From assembly GCA_963667175.2 (NCBI GenBank), contig CAXXXF010000006.1:416001-480000 (forward strand): DNA of 64,000 bases, in the 5' to 3' direction. Both the position numbers and the translations under genes were made by a program. A model generated the notes under the pieces. It was not told the DNA's origin and did not search any database. It saw only the letters and a program-made list of their open reading frames with translations. Shown here piece by piece: positions 11,632 through 21,093 of this stretch. Source of the DNA: Candidatus Latescibacterota bacterium (GTDB taxonomy: Bacteria; Latescibacterota; UBA2968; GCA-2709665). Position 1 is the first letter of the stretch. Every line of letters begins with the position of its first letter.

Positions 11632-11759
11632 CGCGGCGATGTCCGCCTTCCCCGACCCGGACCCTTGGACGGGACCTTTCCTCGCCGGGTCGCCGGCATT
11701 GCTCTCAGGGTCACAGAGGGGGCGAGACTCGGATGTTTCAATTCCGGGAGTGACGAATG

Positions 11760-14700
11760 CTACGCGACGATTCTGACGCGATCGCCGACAGCCGTTGAAT
11801 ACACTTCGAATGATTCGTCGATAACCTCCGAAAAATCAAATGCTTCCCTCACGACAAATTTCGTTCGCCCTCGCACCCTGCGAATGCTGAACACACGATC
11901 GCCGATCCGCAGCCGGCATCCCGGATATGCCCCTTCTTTCGGGTGATCCACGTTACTGTCGAACATGGATCGCTTCCCGGATGCCACCTTGCCCCTGCCC
12001 CTCACGAACCTGGGCATGTCCGCCAGGAAGACACGGCTGCCGCCGCTCTCACGCTCGATTCGCCGCACCAGATACACCGTTTCAAGCTTTGACGGATGCC
12101 GGACGTAGACCACCTTTCCGTCAAGCGATCCATCCTCAGGCAACGCGACGTCCAGCACCATTTCGCTCCGCCCCGGTGTACCGGAAATGTCTCCCGCCAG
12201 TTCCGTGACGACCCCTTTGTAGTCGGAAATCCTCTGAACTTCCGATTCGCCGACCCTTAACCGCGACCCTTCAATCACATCGAGATCGAGGTTTGCGGAG
12301 GTCTCGCTCACCACGCCCGCCCGTCCTCTGAGTTCAAATTGCCTGCCGTTCGGCAGGGTCGTAACCAACCCCACGCCCCGGGGATCAATCGCGATTGTCC
12401 GATCCCGGTCGCGTTCATTCACCTGCACCACAACGCCGGACCCATCCCGCGCCACCAGTTTCGCATCTCTCACGAAACCCTCGCCGGCATGGGCTTCGAT
12501 AACCGTAACAAACATGCTCGTGTCGGTTCGATGCCGCAAGCAGACCGTTCGCAGCCAGAAATCGTCCAGCTTGCCGTCGTCCTCCCGCGTCCGGCGGATG
12601 GAGGGCGCCTCGCTGATCAGCAATCGGCCCGCCTGCACGCCCAGAAACCTGACGTCCACCTGCGCGCCTCCACCCTCGAACCGCACGTTGAAATCTCCGG
12701 ACACATCTGCCGCGCGCGTGCGCTTCAGATATCCGTAGAGGGCGCCACCGGTCCCATCTCCGCCCAGAATCATCTCCGCTTCGGCGGCTCGCAGTCCCAC
12801 TTCCGTGGAAATCGTCTGGTCGAAGTCGGCCGATCCGTGCAACAGATAGTCGTGCGCGTCACCGCCCTTCACCTCGAACAGGTCCACCACGTACCCGCTA
12901 TCGGGCCCCGTTGGGACGAGCATCATCGATCGGCGGTACACGGTCGTGTTCTCGAAGGCGCCCGCTGCTTCCGCGCAAACGAACCCAACGCGCGTACGGG
13001 ATGCCGGGCGATAACAGAGCAGCCGCCCGCTTTCTCTGGTCTGCTCCCGTCCGTCGACGACCACGGTATTGTGGCTGCCGACCGTCGTCGCCCACTCCCG
13101 GTAACGGGTATGCGTGTACCCGATATCCGACAGCAGTTCCTGACCGAACGTATCCAGGCCCATCGCGAGGGTATCGTAATGGTGATGTCCGCCCCACGGA
13201 CCGTAACCCAACGTCGCGCGTACGGCTTCCTTCGATCGTCCCACGCCCAGAATTACGTCGCCGGCCGCCGGCAACAGATAATTCGAGGGCACGAGCGCGA
13301 GCAGATCCTCGTCCGTGACGCGCCGGTCGGCTTCCGCCGTCCGTCGAAAGAGCGCATACTCGACGTCGGCGACTGGAATGCGGGAGCCGCCTCTGATTTC
13401 ATCCGCCGCTTCCACGAATTTGCCCATAGACGCAATCTGACTGGAAACACGTGCAAAACCGGTACTCAGCGCCCACGTATCGTTGGCCATGAACGTGCGT
13501 CCGTCCGGCATGAACAACCCCAGCGGCGCGGTATAGATTCGCTGCAGGAAGGGCATCTCTTCGTAGACGTCGATTCCGCCGGGCCCACTGATGACATCAG
13601 GCACACGAAGGGTCCCGCTTGTAATCATATTGAAGTAGTTGAGGGTATTCTCGTGCCAGTACCCGTCGTAATAATAACAGTTATCGATCAACGTACGGTA
13701 CAGGCTGTACGATCTGCTTACGAAATCCGTTTCGTCCAGCGCCCTGCCCACGAGCGCCATCCCGTTGATTCGCCCCCCGTCGTAATTGGTCGAGCCATGG
13801 GGAATCTCCAGTGTGTGCCGGATTGCCTCGTACAGGAGATCGCGCTCAATGGCCTTGCGCACATCCCTGCCCTCGACTTTGGACAGCCTCTCGATGGCGC
13901 CGCTGTCGGAAATCAGGTCGTAAACCTGGGCCAGCCGGAACGCGTTGTACGCGTCCGAAAAGGGGCTGGCATGAAAATTCCCCATTCTGGCGGAAACGAA
14001 TGGAAAGGGCGGATCCTTGTAGAAATGGTTCTCGTAGAATCCCTTCCGATCGGCGTGAAGATAGGCCCGGCCCAATCCGTGAACAGGGTAGTTCTTGTAG
14101 ACTTCCGAAAGCCGGTCCAGGATCACCGCCGCTTTCTGCGCATACGCAATTTCGCCGGTCAGCACATAGGCGATCGACAGGGGATCTGCCATCCGGACCA
14201 CCTGGTATTGCGTGTAGTTCAGCAGCATATTTTCGAAAAAATACCGCATCCCCTCTTCATCCTCCCAATACCGGTATCGCACCGTCCCGCCGGCAGGACC
14301 GATCACTTCGATCTCTCCCACGGGCTGATGTTCCGGGCCCGGGAACACGCTCCCGCAAATCTTGCACCGAACGCGGTCCGGCGCCTCCGGCGACCATTCC
14401 CAGAAATGGATCCGCCAACTCCGCTTTCTCCGGTCCACGGGACATCGCGGGAGTGGAAAGTTAACCTGGTCTGAAATACCGGCACGAATCTGCGCGTCGG
14501 GCATTTCGAGAATCTTGCGGTTGATAATCCACCTCAATTGCCCGTCTCTGAACCGCTCTGCCCATTCGTGCGATTCCACTCGCCGGCGCGCGCGCTCGAT
14601 CTGATCCGGAGTGTAGAAGAGCGGGTGTTCCACCCCTCTGGGAAACGGCCGTTCGCCTTCCCAGTACCGTGTGTCTCTTGAACAGTCGATTCGCTCGATT

Positions 14701-14807
14701 CCCATATCGCTCCTCCACAAAGCCGTATCGCATCCGGCCGCAAGAACCGCGGCGCCCAAACCGGCGTCCCGCAGAAACTCCCGTCTCGTAAGATCCCTGT
14801 CAGACAT
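11760..14807 (-). CDS. Heparinase II/III-like polysaccharide lyase; Tat-exported lipoprotein candidate
   Basis: TRREFLR twin-arginine motif and LAAGC lipobox; DGYWHE..NY, GHHHYD, DIGY, HNTVVVDG. Confidence 0.82.
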   Translation of the reverse strand: MSDRDLTRREFLRDAGLGAAVLAAGCDTALWRSDMGIERIDCSRDTRYWEGERPFPRGVEHPLFYTPDQIERARRRVESHEWAERFRDGQLRWIINRKILEMPDAQIRAGISDQVNFPLPRCPVDRRKRSWRIHFWEWSPEAPDRVRCKICGSVFPGPEHQPVGEIEVIGPAGGTVRYRYWEDEEGMRYFFENMLLNYTQYQVVRMADPLSIAYVLTGEIAYAQKAAVILDRLSEVYKNYPVHGLGRAYLHADRKGFYENHFYKDPPFPFVSARMGNFHASPFSDAYNAFRLAQVYDLISDSGAIERLSKVEGRDVRKAIERDLLYEAIRHTLEIPHGSTNYDGGRINGMALVGRALDETDFVSRSYSLYRTLIDNCYYYDGYWHENTLNYFNMITSGTLRVPDVISGPGGIDVYEEMPFLQRIYTAPLGLFMPDGRTFMANDTWALSTGFARVSSQIASMGKFVEAADEIRGGSRIPVADVEYALFRRTAEADRRVTDEDLLALVPSNYLLPAAGDVILGVGRSKEAVRATLGYGPWGGHHHYDTLAMGLDTFGQELLSDIGYTHTRYREWATTVGSHNTVVVDGREQTRESGRLLCYRPASRTRVGFVCAEAAGAFENTTVYRRSMMLVPTGPDSGYVVDLFEVKGGDAHDYLLHGSADFDQTISTEVGLRAAEAEMILGGDGTGGALYGYLKRTRAADVSGDFNVRFEGGGAQVDVRFLGVQAGRLLISEAPSIRRTREDDGKLDDFWLRTVCLRHRTDTSMFVTVIEAHAGEGFVRDAKLVARDGSGVVVQVNERDRDRTIAIDPRGVGLVTTLPNGRQFELRGRAGVVSETSANLDLDVIEGSRLRVGESEVQRISDYKGVVTELAGDISGTPGRSEMVLDVALPEDGSLDGKVVYVRHPSKLETVYLVRRIERESGGSRVFLADMPRFVRGRGKVASGKRSMFDSNVDHPKEGAYPGCRLRIGDRVFSIRRVRGRTKFVVREAFDFSEVIDESFEVYSTAVGDRVRIVA

Positions 14808-15113
14808 CGGACGCACTCAAAAAAAGCGGGCGGAAGCACGACGATCCCGATTACGCCAGGTGAACATCCCGCGGATTCCACGGGCCCGGTTTCAACCAGG
14901 GCGCACGTTTCGCGCCGATTGCGCAATATACGACGGCCCCCAATTGAAGTCCAGAGACTCCTTAATCACGATTCTGCATTCCGCAGCTACTGAATCTGCA
15001 GGGAACACTGATGCCGGCGGCCGGAACGCGAAACACATCGGATTATACATCATGTCATCCGGTCTTCACGGATAATTCGGGGGAAGCGACAAAAGAAAAA
15101 TGCGCATTTGCAC

Positions 15114-15158
15114 TTGACATTTCCTAATTGATTCGTCATATTACTAATATATTAGTAA
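15114..15158 (+). promoter_or_regulatory. Promoter and BlaI-type operator
   Basis: TTGACA (15114), 17 nt, CATATT; perfect 18-bp palindrome TTACTAATATATTAGTAA (15141-15158). Confidence 0.8.
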
Positions 15159-15185
15159 CTCAATGGTTCTTTCCGGGAGGTTCTA

Positions 15186-15584
15186 ATGAGTAAGAAACAA
15201 CGGCTGGCGCAGGCCGAATGGGAGGTGATGGACGGCATCTGGCAATTCGGTCGCCGGGTTACCGTTCGCGAGGTTGTGGATCACCTCTATCCCAACGGCG
15301 AGAAGGCCTATACGACGGTTCAGACGATCATGAATATCCTGACTGCAAAGGGCGTACTTGACCGGGAGAAGATCGGTCCCGTCAATGTGTACAGACCTGC
15401 GCTGTCGCGGCAGGACGTCGCTCAGGCCGAAACGCGCACCCTGGTATCGCGCATGTTCGAGGGTTCCTTCGGCGCCCTGGCGACGTATCTCGTGGATTCG
15501 GGCGAACTCTCGCAGAAAGAGCTCGATGAATTGCGGGCGCTGATCGAGGAAAGAGAAAGAGCGAAGGAAGGAGACCCGGAATGA
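15186..15584 (+). CDS. BlaI/MecI/CopY family transcriptional repressor
   Basis: LAQAEWEVMDGIW, AYTTVQTIMNIL..KG, FEGSFGAL..YL, LSQKELDEL. Confidence 0.95.
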   Translation: MSKKQRLAQAEWEVMDGIWQFGRRVTVREVVDHLYPNGEKAYTTVQTIMNILTAKGVLDREKIGPVNVYRPALSRQDVAQAETRTLVSRMFEGSFGALATYLVDSGELSQKELDELRALIEERERAKEGDPE

Positions 15585-18418
15585 ACGATCTGATCTACCT
15601 GGCCGAAGCGTGGTGGCCGCTCTACGCGTTACACATGGTCGAAATCTCGTTCTTCATTGTTCTTGTGTGGTCCGTCGACCGGTGGTTGGCGCTGGATTCA
15701 CGGTTGAGATACGCGCTCTATCTGCTGGCACTGGCAAAGGTGTTCGTGCCGCCGGTACTGGCCATTCCGATACCCGCGTTTCTGGTTTCTCCAGCAGGTG
15801 TCGCAGTGGACGCGCCCGCTTATTTCGGTGCGGTATCCGGAGCCGTCGCAGTCTCTGCCGAACCCGCGACCGCGCTTCCGCCGGCGTTCTATCTGTTCTG
15901 TCTGTGGAGTCTCTCTGTCCTCGTCTGGACGGGCGCGGCGCTGTGGAAAAACGCGGCGTTTCGCCGTGCGCTGAAATCGGCAACCCCGGTGGACCTGGCA
16001 AGCGAGGCTGCGTCACTGAACGCACCGGAGACCTTGAAAGTGTATTCCAGGCCAACCCTGCCTTCTCCCATTCTGGTGGGCTTGCGGAGACCGCGTTTGT
16101 TTCTGCCCTCGAAGTGGTCTTCGTGGTCCTCCGAGGAACTGCGGGGCGTCTTAAGGCACGAACTGGCGCACTTTGAACGGCGTGACATCTACGTGCTGAT
16201 TCTGCAGGCCCTGGCCACGGCGCTCTTCGGCGCCAACCCGCTGATCTGGCTCTTGAACCGCAGGTTGGTGTACCTCCGTGAATTGCGTTGCGACGAAGCG
16301 GTCTTGCGCGAAACGAACCTGACGCCCGCCGAATACGGACGCCTGCTGCTGGGCTTTGTCGAAAGGCGGTCCTCACCGAGTGCGCTGACCGTCTTTTTCA
16401 CCGAGCGTGGAACGAAGCTGAAGAAACGCATGGAGCACATCCTCAACTACAAGGAGAGCGATATGGAGCGGTCAAAGTGGCAGATTTCAACGCTATTACT
16501 CGTCGGCCTTGCGATTGTGCCGCTCTCGATCCGAGAGGCATACACCCAGAATGACGTTGGACACGATGTGTCAGATTCTACCAACGAGCGTGAAATCTTG
16601 CCCGCAAAGAGAACCGGCCAAACTCCCACTGAAAATCCCAATCGAGTTACCGCACCAAAACCTGGTCAGGGAGATAATGGCGATCAAAAAACTCTCGAAT
16701 TCTGGTCGGTAGACGAGAAACCAGTCGTCTCGCAGGCCGTTGAGCCCATTTATCCCGATGCGGCCAAAAAAGCAGGACTGACGGGAAACGTGTTCTTGAA
16801 ATTCAAGGTGAACGTGGATGGATCAGTAAGCGATGTAAACGTGCTCAAAGGCAATGTGGTCTTTGAAAAACCGGCGATCGACGCCGCGTCGCAATATCGG
16901 TTCATTCCAGCGAAACACGACGGTAAGCCCGTCGCGGTGTGGATGACGCACAGGATCAAATTCAATCTGCCCGGAAAAGAGGCCGCGCCGCCCTCCGACG
17001 AAGGCGATGTTGAAAATCCCGATCTGCATACCACACCACAATCAAGCCTGGGAAAAAATGGCGACCCAAAGACCCTCGAATTCTGGTCTGTAGACGAGAA
17101 ACCGGTCATCTTGCATGCCGTTGAGCCCATTTATCCAGACGCGGCCAAAAAAGCAGGACTGACGGGAAGCGTGTTCTTGAAATTCAAGGTGAACGTGGAT
17201 GGATATGTGAACGAAATAGACGTACGTGCCTTAAGGGGTCGATCGATATTTGCGCGACCCGCTATTGATGCGATCTCAAAGTATCGGTTCACGCCTGCCC
17301 AGCATAACGGCAAGCCTGTCCCGGTGTGGATGACGCACCGAATCAAGTTTAATCTGCCCGGAAAAGAGGCCGCGCCGCCCTCCGACGCAGGCGATGCCGT
17401 CGTTGAAAAGGTGTTCGATATGTCGTCCGTAGACGTAAATCCTGCGATCATACGTTCCGTTCGTCCTGATTATCCCGACTTGGCACGGAGGATCGGTTTT
17501 ACGGGAATCGTACGATTGAAATTCAAGGTGAACGTAGATGGATCTGTGAGCGACGTACGTACCTTAAGGGGTCGACCGATATTTGTGCGACCTGCCATTG
17601 ATGCGATCTCACAATATCGGTTCACGCCTGCCCAGCACGACGGCAAGCCTGTCCCCGTGTGGACGACGCACACGATCAAGTTTCAGCCGCCCAGACCGAA
17701 TGCCGGGCGACCCGCAGAAAAAACCGACGCCGAAGCTGACAAAGTCTACGAGTTTTGGGACGTGGACATTAAACCTGTCGTTACCCATTCCGTTCAACCA
17801 TTCTATCCAGATTCGGCACGAATAGCTGGAATAACAGGTGCCGTGTTCGTTAAGTTCAAGATAAATACGGATGGCTCGGTGACCAACGAACGCGTACTCA
17901 AGGGCAATGCGATATTTCACGAACCGGCGATTGATGCCACATCGCAGTATCGGTTCAGCCCTGCCAGGAAGGATGGAGATCCAGTCGCAGTGTGGATGAC
18001 ACTTCGTCTCAGATTTCACCCGCCCAAACCGAAGGCCGGACTACCCGAGGACCAGAGCGACACGGATGGTGACAAGGTGTACGAGTTTTTGGAGGCAGAC
18101 GTTAAGCCCGTCAATCTTAACTCGCATTCTGTTCGACCGAATTATCCGGATTCGGCAAAAGAGGCAGGATTAACAGGCAACGTCTTTCTGAAGTTCAAGA
18201 TCAACGTGGATGGATCCGTGAGCGACGTACGTGTCCTGAAAGGCGATGAGATATTTCGCAAGCCGGCGGTTGACGCGATTACACGATTCAAATACACACC
18301 TGCTGAACTTGATGGCAAACCCGTCCCGGTGTGGATGACTCAGCGCATTGCGTTCGCGCTGCCTGAACGTCAGGACGAGGCAGTTTCCGATACGAGCGAT
18401 GCGGAACCTGGAAATTAA
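15581..18418 (+). CDS. M56 (BlaR1-like) membrane metallopeptidase fused to five TonB C-terminal domains
   Basis: TM segments, HELAH, NPLIW, RELRCDEAV; five YP..A...G..G.V...F..N.DG.V...PA..DG.PV repeats; ATGA overlap with the repressor gene. Confidence 0.92.
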   Translation: MNDLIYLAEAWWPLYALHMVEISFFIVLVWSVDRWLALDSRLRYALYLLALAKVFVPPVLAIPIPAFLVSPAGVAVDAPAYFGAVSGAVAVSAEPATALPPAFYLFCLWSLSVLVWTGAALWKNAAFRRALKSATPVDLASEAASLNAPETLKVYSRPTLPSPILVGLRRPRLFLPSKWSSWSSEELRGVLRHELAHFERRDIYVLILQALATALFGANPLIWLLNRRLVYLRELRCDEAVLRETNLTPAEYGRLLLGFVERRSSPSALTVFFTERGTKLKKRMEHILNYKESDMERSKWQISTLLLVGLAIVPLSIREAYTQNDVGHDVSDSTNEREILPAKRTGQTPTENPNRVTAPKPGQGDNGDQKTLEFWSVDEKPVVSQAVEPIYPDAAKKAGLTGNVFLKFKVNVDGSVSDVNVLKGNVVFEKPAIDAASQYRFIPAKHDGKPVAVWMTHRIKFNLPGKEAAPPSDEGDVENPDLHTTPQSSLGKNGDPKTLEFWSVDEKPVILHAVEPIYPDAAKKAGLTGSVFLKFKVNVDGYVNEIDVRALRGRSIFARPAIDAISKYRFTPAQHNGKPVPVWMTHRIKFNLPGKEAAPPSDAGDAVVEKVFDMSSVDVNPAIIRSVRPDYPDLARRIGFTGIVRLKFKVNVDGSVSDVRTLRGRPIFVRPAIDAISQYRFTPAQHDGKPVPVWTTHTIKFQPPRPNAGRPAEKTDAEADKVYEFWDVDIKPVVTHSVQPFYPDSARIAGITGAVFVKFKINTDGSVTNERVLKGNAIFHEPAIDATSQYRFSPARKDGDPVAVWMTLRLRFHPPKPKAGLPEDQSDTDGDKVYEFLEADVKPVNLNSHSVRPNYPDSAKEAGLTGNVFLKFKINVDGSVSDVRVLKGDEIFRKPAVDAITRFKYTPAELDGKPVPVWMTQRIAFALPERQDEAVSDTSDAEPGN
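16681..18360 (+). repeat. Five tandem intragenic TonB_C coding repeats (about 330-380 bp period)
   Basis: Long near-identical DNA blocks, e.g. GCGGCCAAAAAAGCAGGACTGACGGGAA in repeats 1 and 2. Confidence 0.9.
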
Positions 18419-18424
18419 CAGAAT

Positions 18425-18595
18425 ATAGCCGGTTTCTTCGCAGCGTCCATCAGTTCCTATGTGCGCGCCCTTGTTGTAGCGCGCTTCCTTCAGACGCCGC
18501 CTCGCAACGACTCCCTTGCACTTCGCTGCCCCTTCGGCGCCGTCAGGCTGGGTAGAGGACTCTCACCGCCAAGCTAACGATCATGCTCGGCACAC
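18425..18595 (-). mobile_element. 5' fragment (domain I) of a group IIC intron, no RT ORF
   Basis: Minus strand starts GTGTGCCGAGCATG...GGTGAGAGTCC...GCAAGGGAGTCGTTGCGAGGCGGCGTCTGAAGGAAGC, immediately after a terminator-like hairpin, the known IIC target. Confidence 0.78.
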
Positions 18596-18642
18596 ACAGA
18601 GACACCCCTGGGCCGGTAAGCCCAGGGGTGTCTCTGTGTGTG
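18591..18642. terminator. Perfect 23-bp stem hairpin between convergent genes
   Basis: CACACACAGAGACACCCCTGGGC-cggtaa-GCCCAGGGGTGTCTCTGTGTGTG. Confidence 0.75.
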
Positions 18643-18662
18643 GGTGGTTGGACCCCACCCAA

Positions 18663-19493
18663 TTAGCAATCAGCAGGCTGTCCAAATGCTTCCTTTTCAA
18701 ACAACCCTTTATCTTCTTCATTCCATAAAACAGTCTCATCCATGTCTTCGAGCAATGCGTATTTTTCGACCAAATCCTTGAACTTAGAACCTCTCTTGCT
18801 TAGGCAATTATAGAAAAGAAGACCCAACTCATTGCTCGATAATTGAGCACGAATAAGATTTGTATATCGCTTTTGGTCATTAAAATCGGAAAAAATATCT
18901 TGTTGGTCTACAAATTTAACAATATTATATAGACATCGAAAATAATGACCGATTAATGGTTGATATTCTTGAAAAAATCGGCGCCAAATATAATTAATGC
19001 CACTATCAGAGTAAGCTCCACGAATATCATCCAATGATGATAAAAGAAATGTGAAACAAGAACGTCCACTTACTTGCCGACCATTCAAATTAATAGATAG
19101 AGAGGCAACCATTTTGTTGTGAAAATCCAATAGTTGAAAAAATGAATGTTCGAAATTTTGTCTTTTTAACGTTAAAACTTGCGCCTCCAATTGTTCCTTC
19201 TGCCCCTTAATTTCCTTGCGTGTCAATTCCAATTCTTCGTTTTGTGTTTCAAGTACCTTTCTCTGAAGTTTTAATTCTCGCTTTTGCAGAACAATCGCAC
19301 AGATCACGCCAGCAAATGCCCAACCAGAAAATAAAGCATTAATAGAGCCGAACATATCACCCGATTGTCCGCGTTCACTCCAACTCCAATTCGTTCCAAA
19401 TAACCAAAATCCGCTAGGCACAATAGCCCAAATAATGAAAATCGCCACTCCGATATACACCATATGCCGAATTTCAAATTCTCTTTCCTCCAC
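18663..19493 (-). CDS. Putative phage abortive infection protein (putAbiC-like) with N-terminal TM helices
   Basis: GQSGDMFG..NALFS, coiled coil, FEHSFFQLL, GHYFRCLYNIVKF, LIRAQLSSNEL.LLFYN, VEKYALL; GGGGAG RBS before GTG 19493; AT-rich. Confidence 0.8.
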   Translation of the reverse strand: MEEREFEIRHMVYIGVAIFIIWAIVPSGFWLFGTNWSWSERGQSGDMFGSINALFSGWAFAGVICAIVLQKRELKLQRKVLETQNEELELTRKEIKGQKEQLEAQVLTLKRQNFEHSFFQLLDFHNKMVASLSINLNGRQVSGRSCFTFLLSSLDDIRGAYSDSGINYIWRRFFQEYQPLIGHYFRCLYNIVKFVDQQDIFSDFNDQKRYTNLIRAQLSSNELGLLFYNCLSKRGSKFKDLVEKYALLEDMDETVLWNEEDKGLFEKEAFGQPADC

Positions 19494-20029
19494 AGCAAAT
19501 CTCCCCACATTAAAGATGATTGGTAGCATCATCCAATATAGGGAAGGACAAGGAGAAGTGTGAGAAATAAGAAAAACCCTCCGTGACCCCTTATCCTCGT
19601 TTGTGGAGCCCTCAACTTTTGATATTTCAGGAGTTGGATCTTTTAGGGACATCGAGACTTCGGAACCTGGAAGGTCGAGGTTCGAAGGACCGAGACCGAT
19701 CAGGGGAAGTCGAGATGGGGTGTGTGGAGTTAAGTTGGTGGTGGCGACTCGAATTCTTCTATTGTTGTACGCATGAATACTGCCTATTTTTGAACAATGA
19801 TGAGAAATTGACGTAATAGGCAAAAAGGAGTTGGTTTGATCAACCGGCGTGTGGGCTGTTGACGATCCAGAGCAACCAACCACCAGCATCCACCAGGCGC
19901 CTGCCAGTGGCAATTCGTCGTAAACTATCCCACAAATGGCTTGGCCGACCTTGAGATAATGGACAACAAAGCAACATGTGAGCAATTGCTGCTCGCAAAG
20001 CCTTCGACACTTCCTAATGTGAGTGGAAC

Positions 20030-20992
20030 GTGAGCGACAAAGGCCTACAAGCGAGTTCATTCGAAAATCGTCAGCTTGCGCTTTTCGGGCATTCCGTACA
20101 ACCGTGTCCGAACGTAGAGAACGCATCGCAAGAGCCCCATGTTCGAGTTGACACGCTGAACAGAGCGCCATTCGAGGCGATTACTCGCCCAATGGTGATT
20201 TGCGGCGATGCCACGCAAGCTCTGAAGCTTCTCCCTGATAAGTCCGTTCAAACGGTTGTCACGTCACCGCCCTATTGGTCACTGCGCGATTACGGTGTTG
20301 CGGAACAGATTGGGCGCGACGAAAGCCTAAGAGGCTACGTTACGAGCATCGTTTGCGCCTTCGAGCAGATAAGGCGCGCCTTGCGCGACGATGGCACTGT
20401 TTGGCTGAACGTTGGTGATTCCTACACGTCCGGCAATCGGAAATATCGGGCGCCAGACCGGAAAAACAGCGCACGCGCCATGGCAGTGCGACCGCCGACG
20501 CCGGAAGGACTTAAGCCAAAGGACTTGATAGGTGTTCCCTGGAAATTGGCGTTTGCTCTACAAGACGCGGGTTGGTGGATTCGGAGTGAAATCATTTGGC
20601 ACAAGCCGAATGCCCATCCTGAGTCGGTTCGAGACCGGCCAACCAAAGCTCACGAGACTGTTTTCCTCTTGTCAAAAGACAAGCAATATTACTACGACCA
20701 CGAAATCGTCAAGGGGCCGCGTGACCGTCGCCTGCGAACGGTTTGGGAGATTCCCACTGAACCGTTGAAGCGCGTAAACGGGAAAGCAGATGACCATCCC
20801 GCGATGATGCCTCTATCGCTCGCTCGATGCTGTGTAGCCATTACAAGCCGCGATGACAGTATCGTACTCGATCCCTACGCGGGTTCGGGAACAACCCTCC
20901 TGGCGGCACGTGAACTCGGACGAAGGTGGGTTGGAATTGAAATCAAGCCCGCTTTCGTGGACCTCATTGAACGGCGGTTGCGCGCGTCTTGA
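20030..20992 (+). CDS. Site-specific DNA methyltransferase (beta class, probably N4-cytosine)
   Basis: VVTSPPYW (motif IV) precedes VLDPYAGSGTT (motif I); IIWHKPN, HPAMMP. Confidence 0.93.
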   Translation: MSDKGLQASSFENRQLALFGHSVQPCPNVENASQEPHVRVDTLNRAPFEAITRPMVICGDATQALKLLPDKSVQTVVTSPPYWSLRDYGVAEQIGRDESLRGYVTSIVCAFEQIRRALRDDGTVWLNVGDSYTSGNRKYRAPDRKNSARAMAVRPPTPEGLKPKDLIGVPWKLAFALQDAGWWIRSEIIWHKPNAHPESVRDRPTKAHETVFLLSKDKQYYYDHEIVKGPRDRRLRTVWEIPTEPLKRVNGKADDHPAMMPLSLARCCVAITSRDDSIVLDPYAGSGTTLLAARELGRRWVGIEIKPAFVDLIERRLRAS

Positions 20993-21038
20993 CGCCAAAT
21001 GATCAGTAGCAGGATGGCAAACCGAAGAGAGCGACAAC

Positions 21039-21072
21039 AGAGCCCGGCAGGTCGTACCCTGCCGGGCTCTTT
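21039..21072. terminator. Rho-independent terminator between convergent genes
   Basis: AGAGCCCGGCAGG-tcgtac-CCTGCCGGGCTCT followed by TT. Confidence 0.85.
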
Positions 21073-21093
21073 ATCCAGGACGTCATTTCGGGC

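Noticed and set aside
12339-14474. Long antisense ORFs (also 4533..5813, 7313..8776, 32935..34719, 40621..42234, 54432..56750, 59416..60906)
   Set aside because: Shadow frames of real genes in high-GC DNA; Arg/Pro-rich with no motifs.
16681-18360. Diversity-generating retroelement TR/VR pair
   Set aside because: Differences between repeats are not adenine-specific, and there is no RT in the window.
19660-19705. tRNA-like GGTTCGA at the islet (possible integration site)
   Set aside because: No T-stem or acceptor-stem pairing and no cloverleaf.
19494-20171. N-terminal extension of the 502-aa ORF 18663..20171
   Set aside because: No recognisable motifs, overlaps the MTase on the other strand, and a good RBS + GTG exists at 19493.
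20030-20992. Complete type II restriction-modification system
   Set aside because: No endonuclease ORF adjacent.
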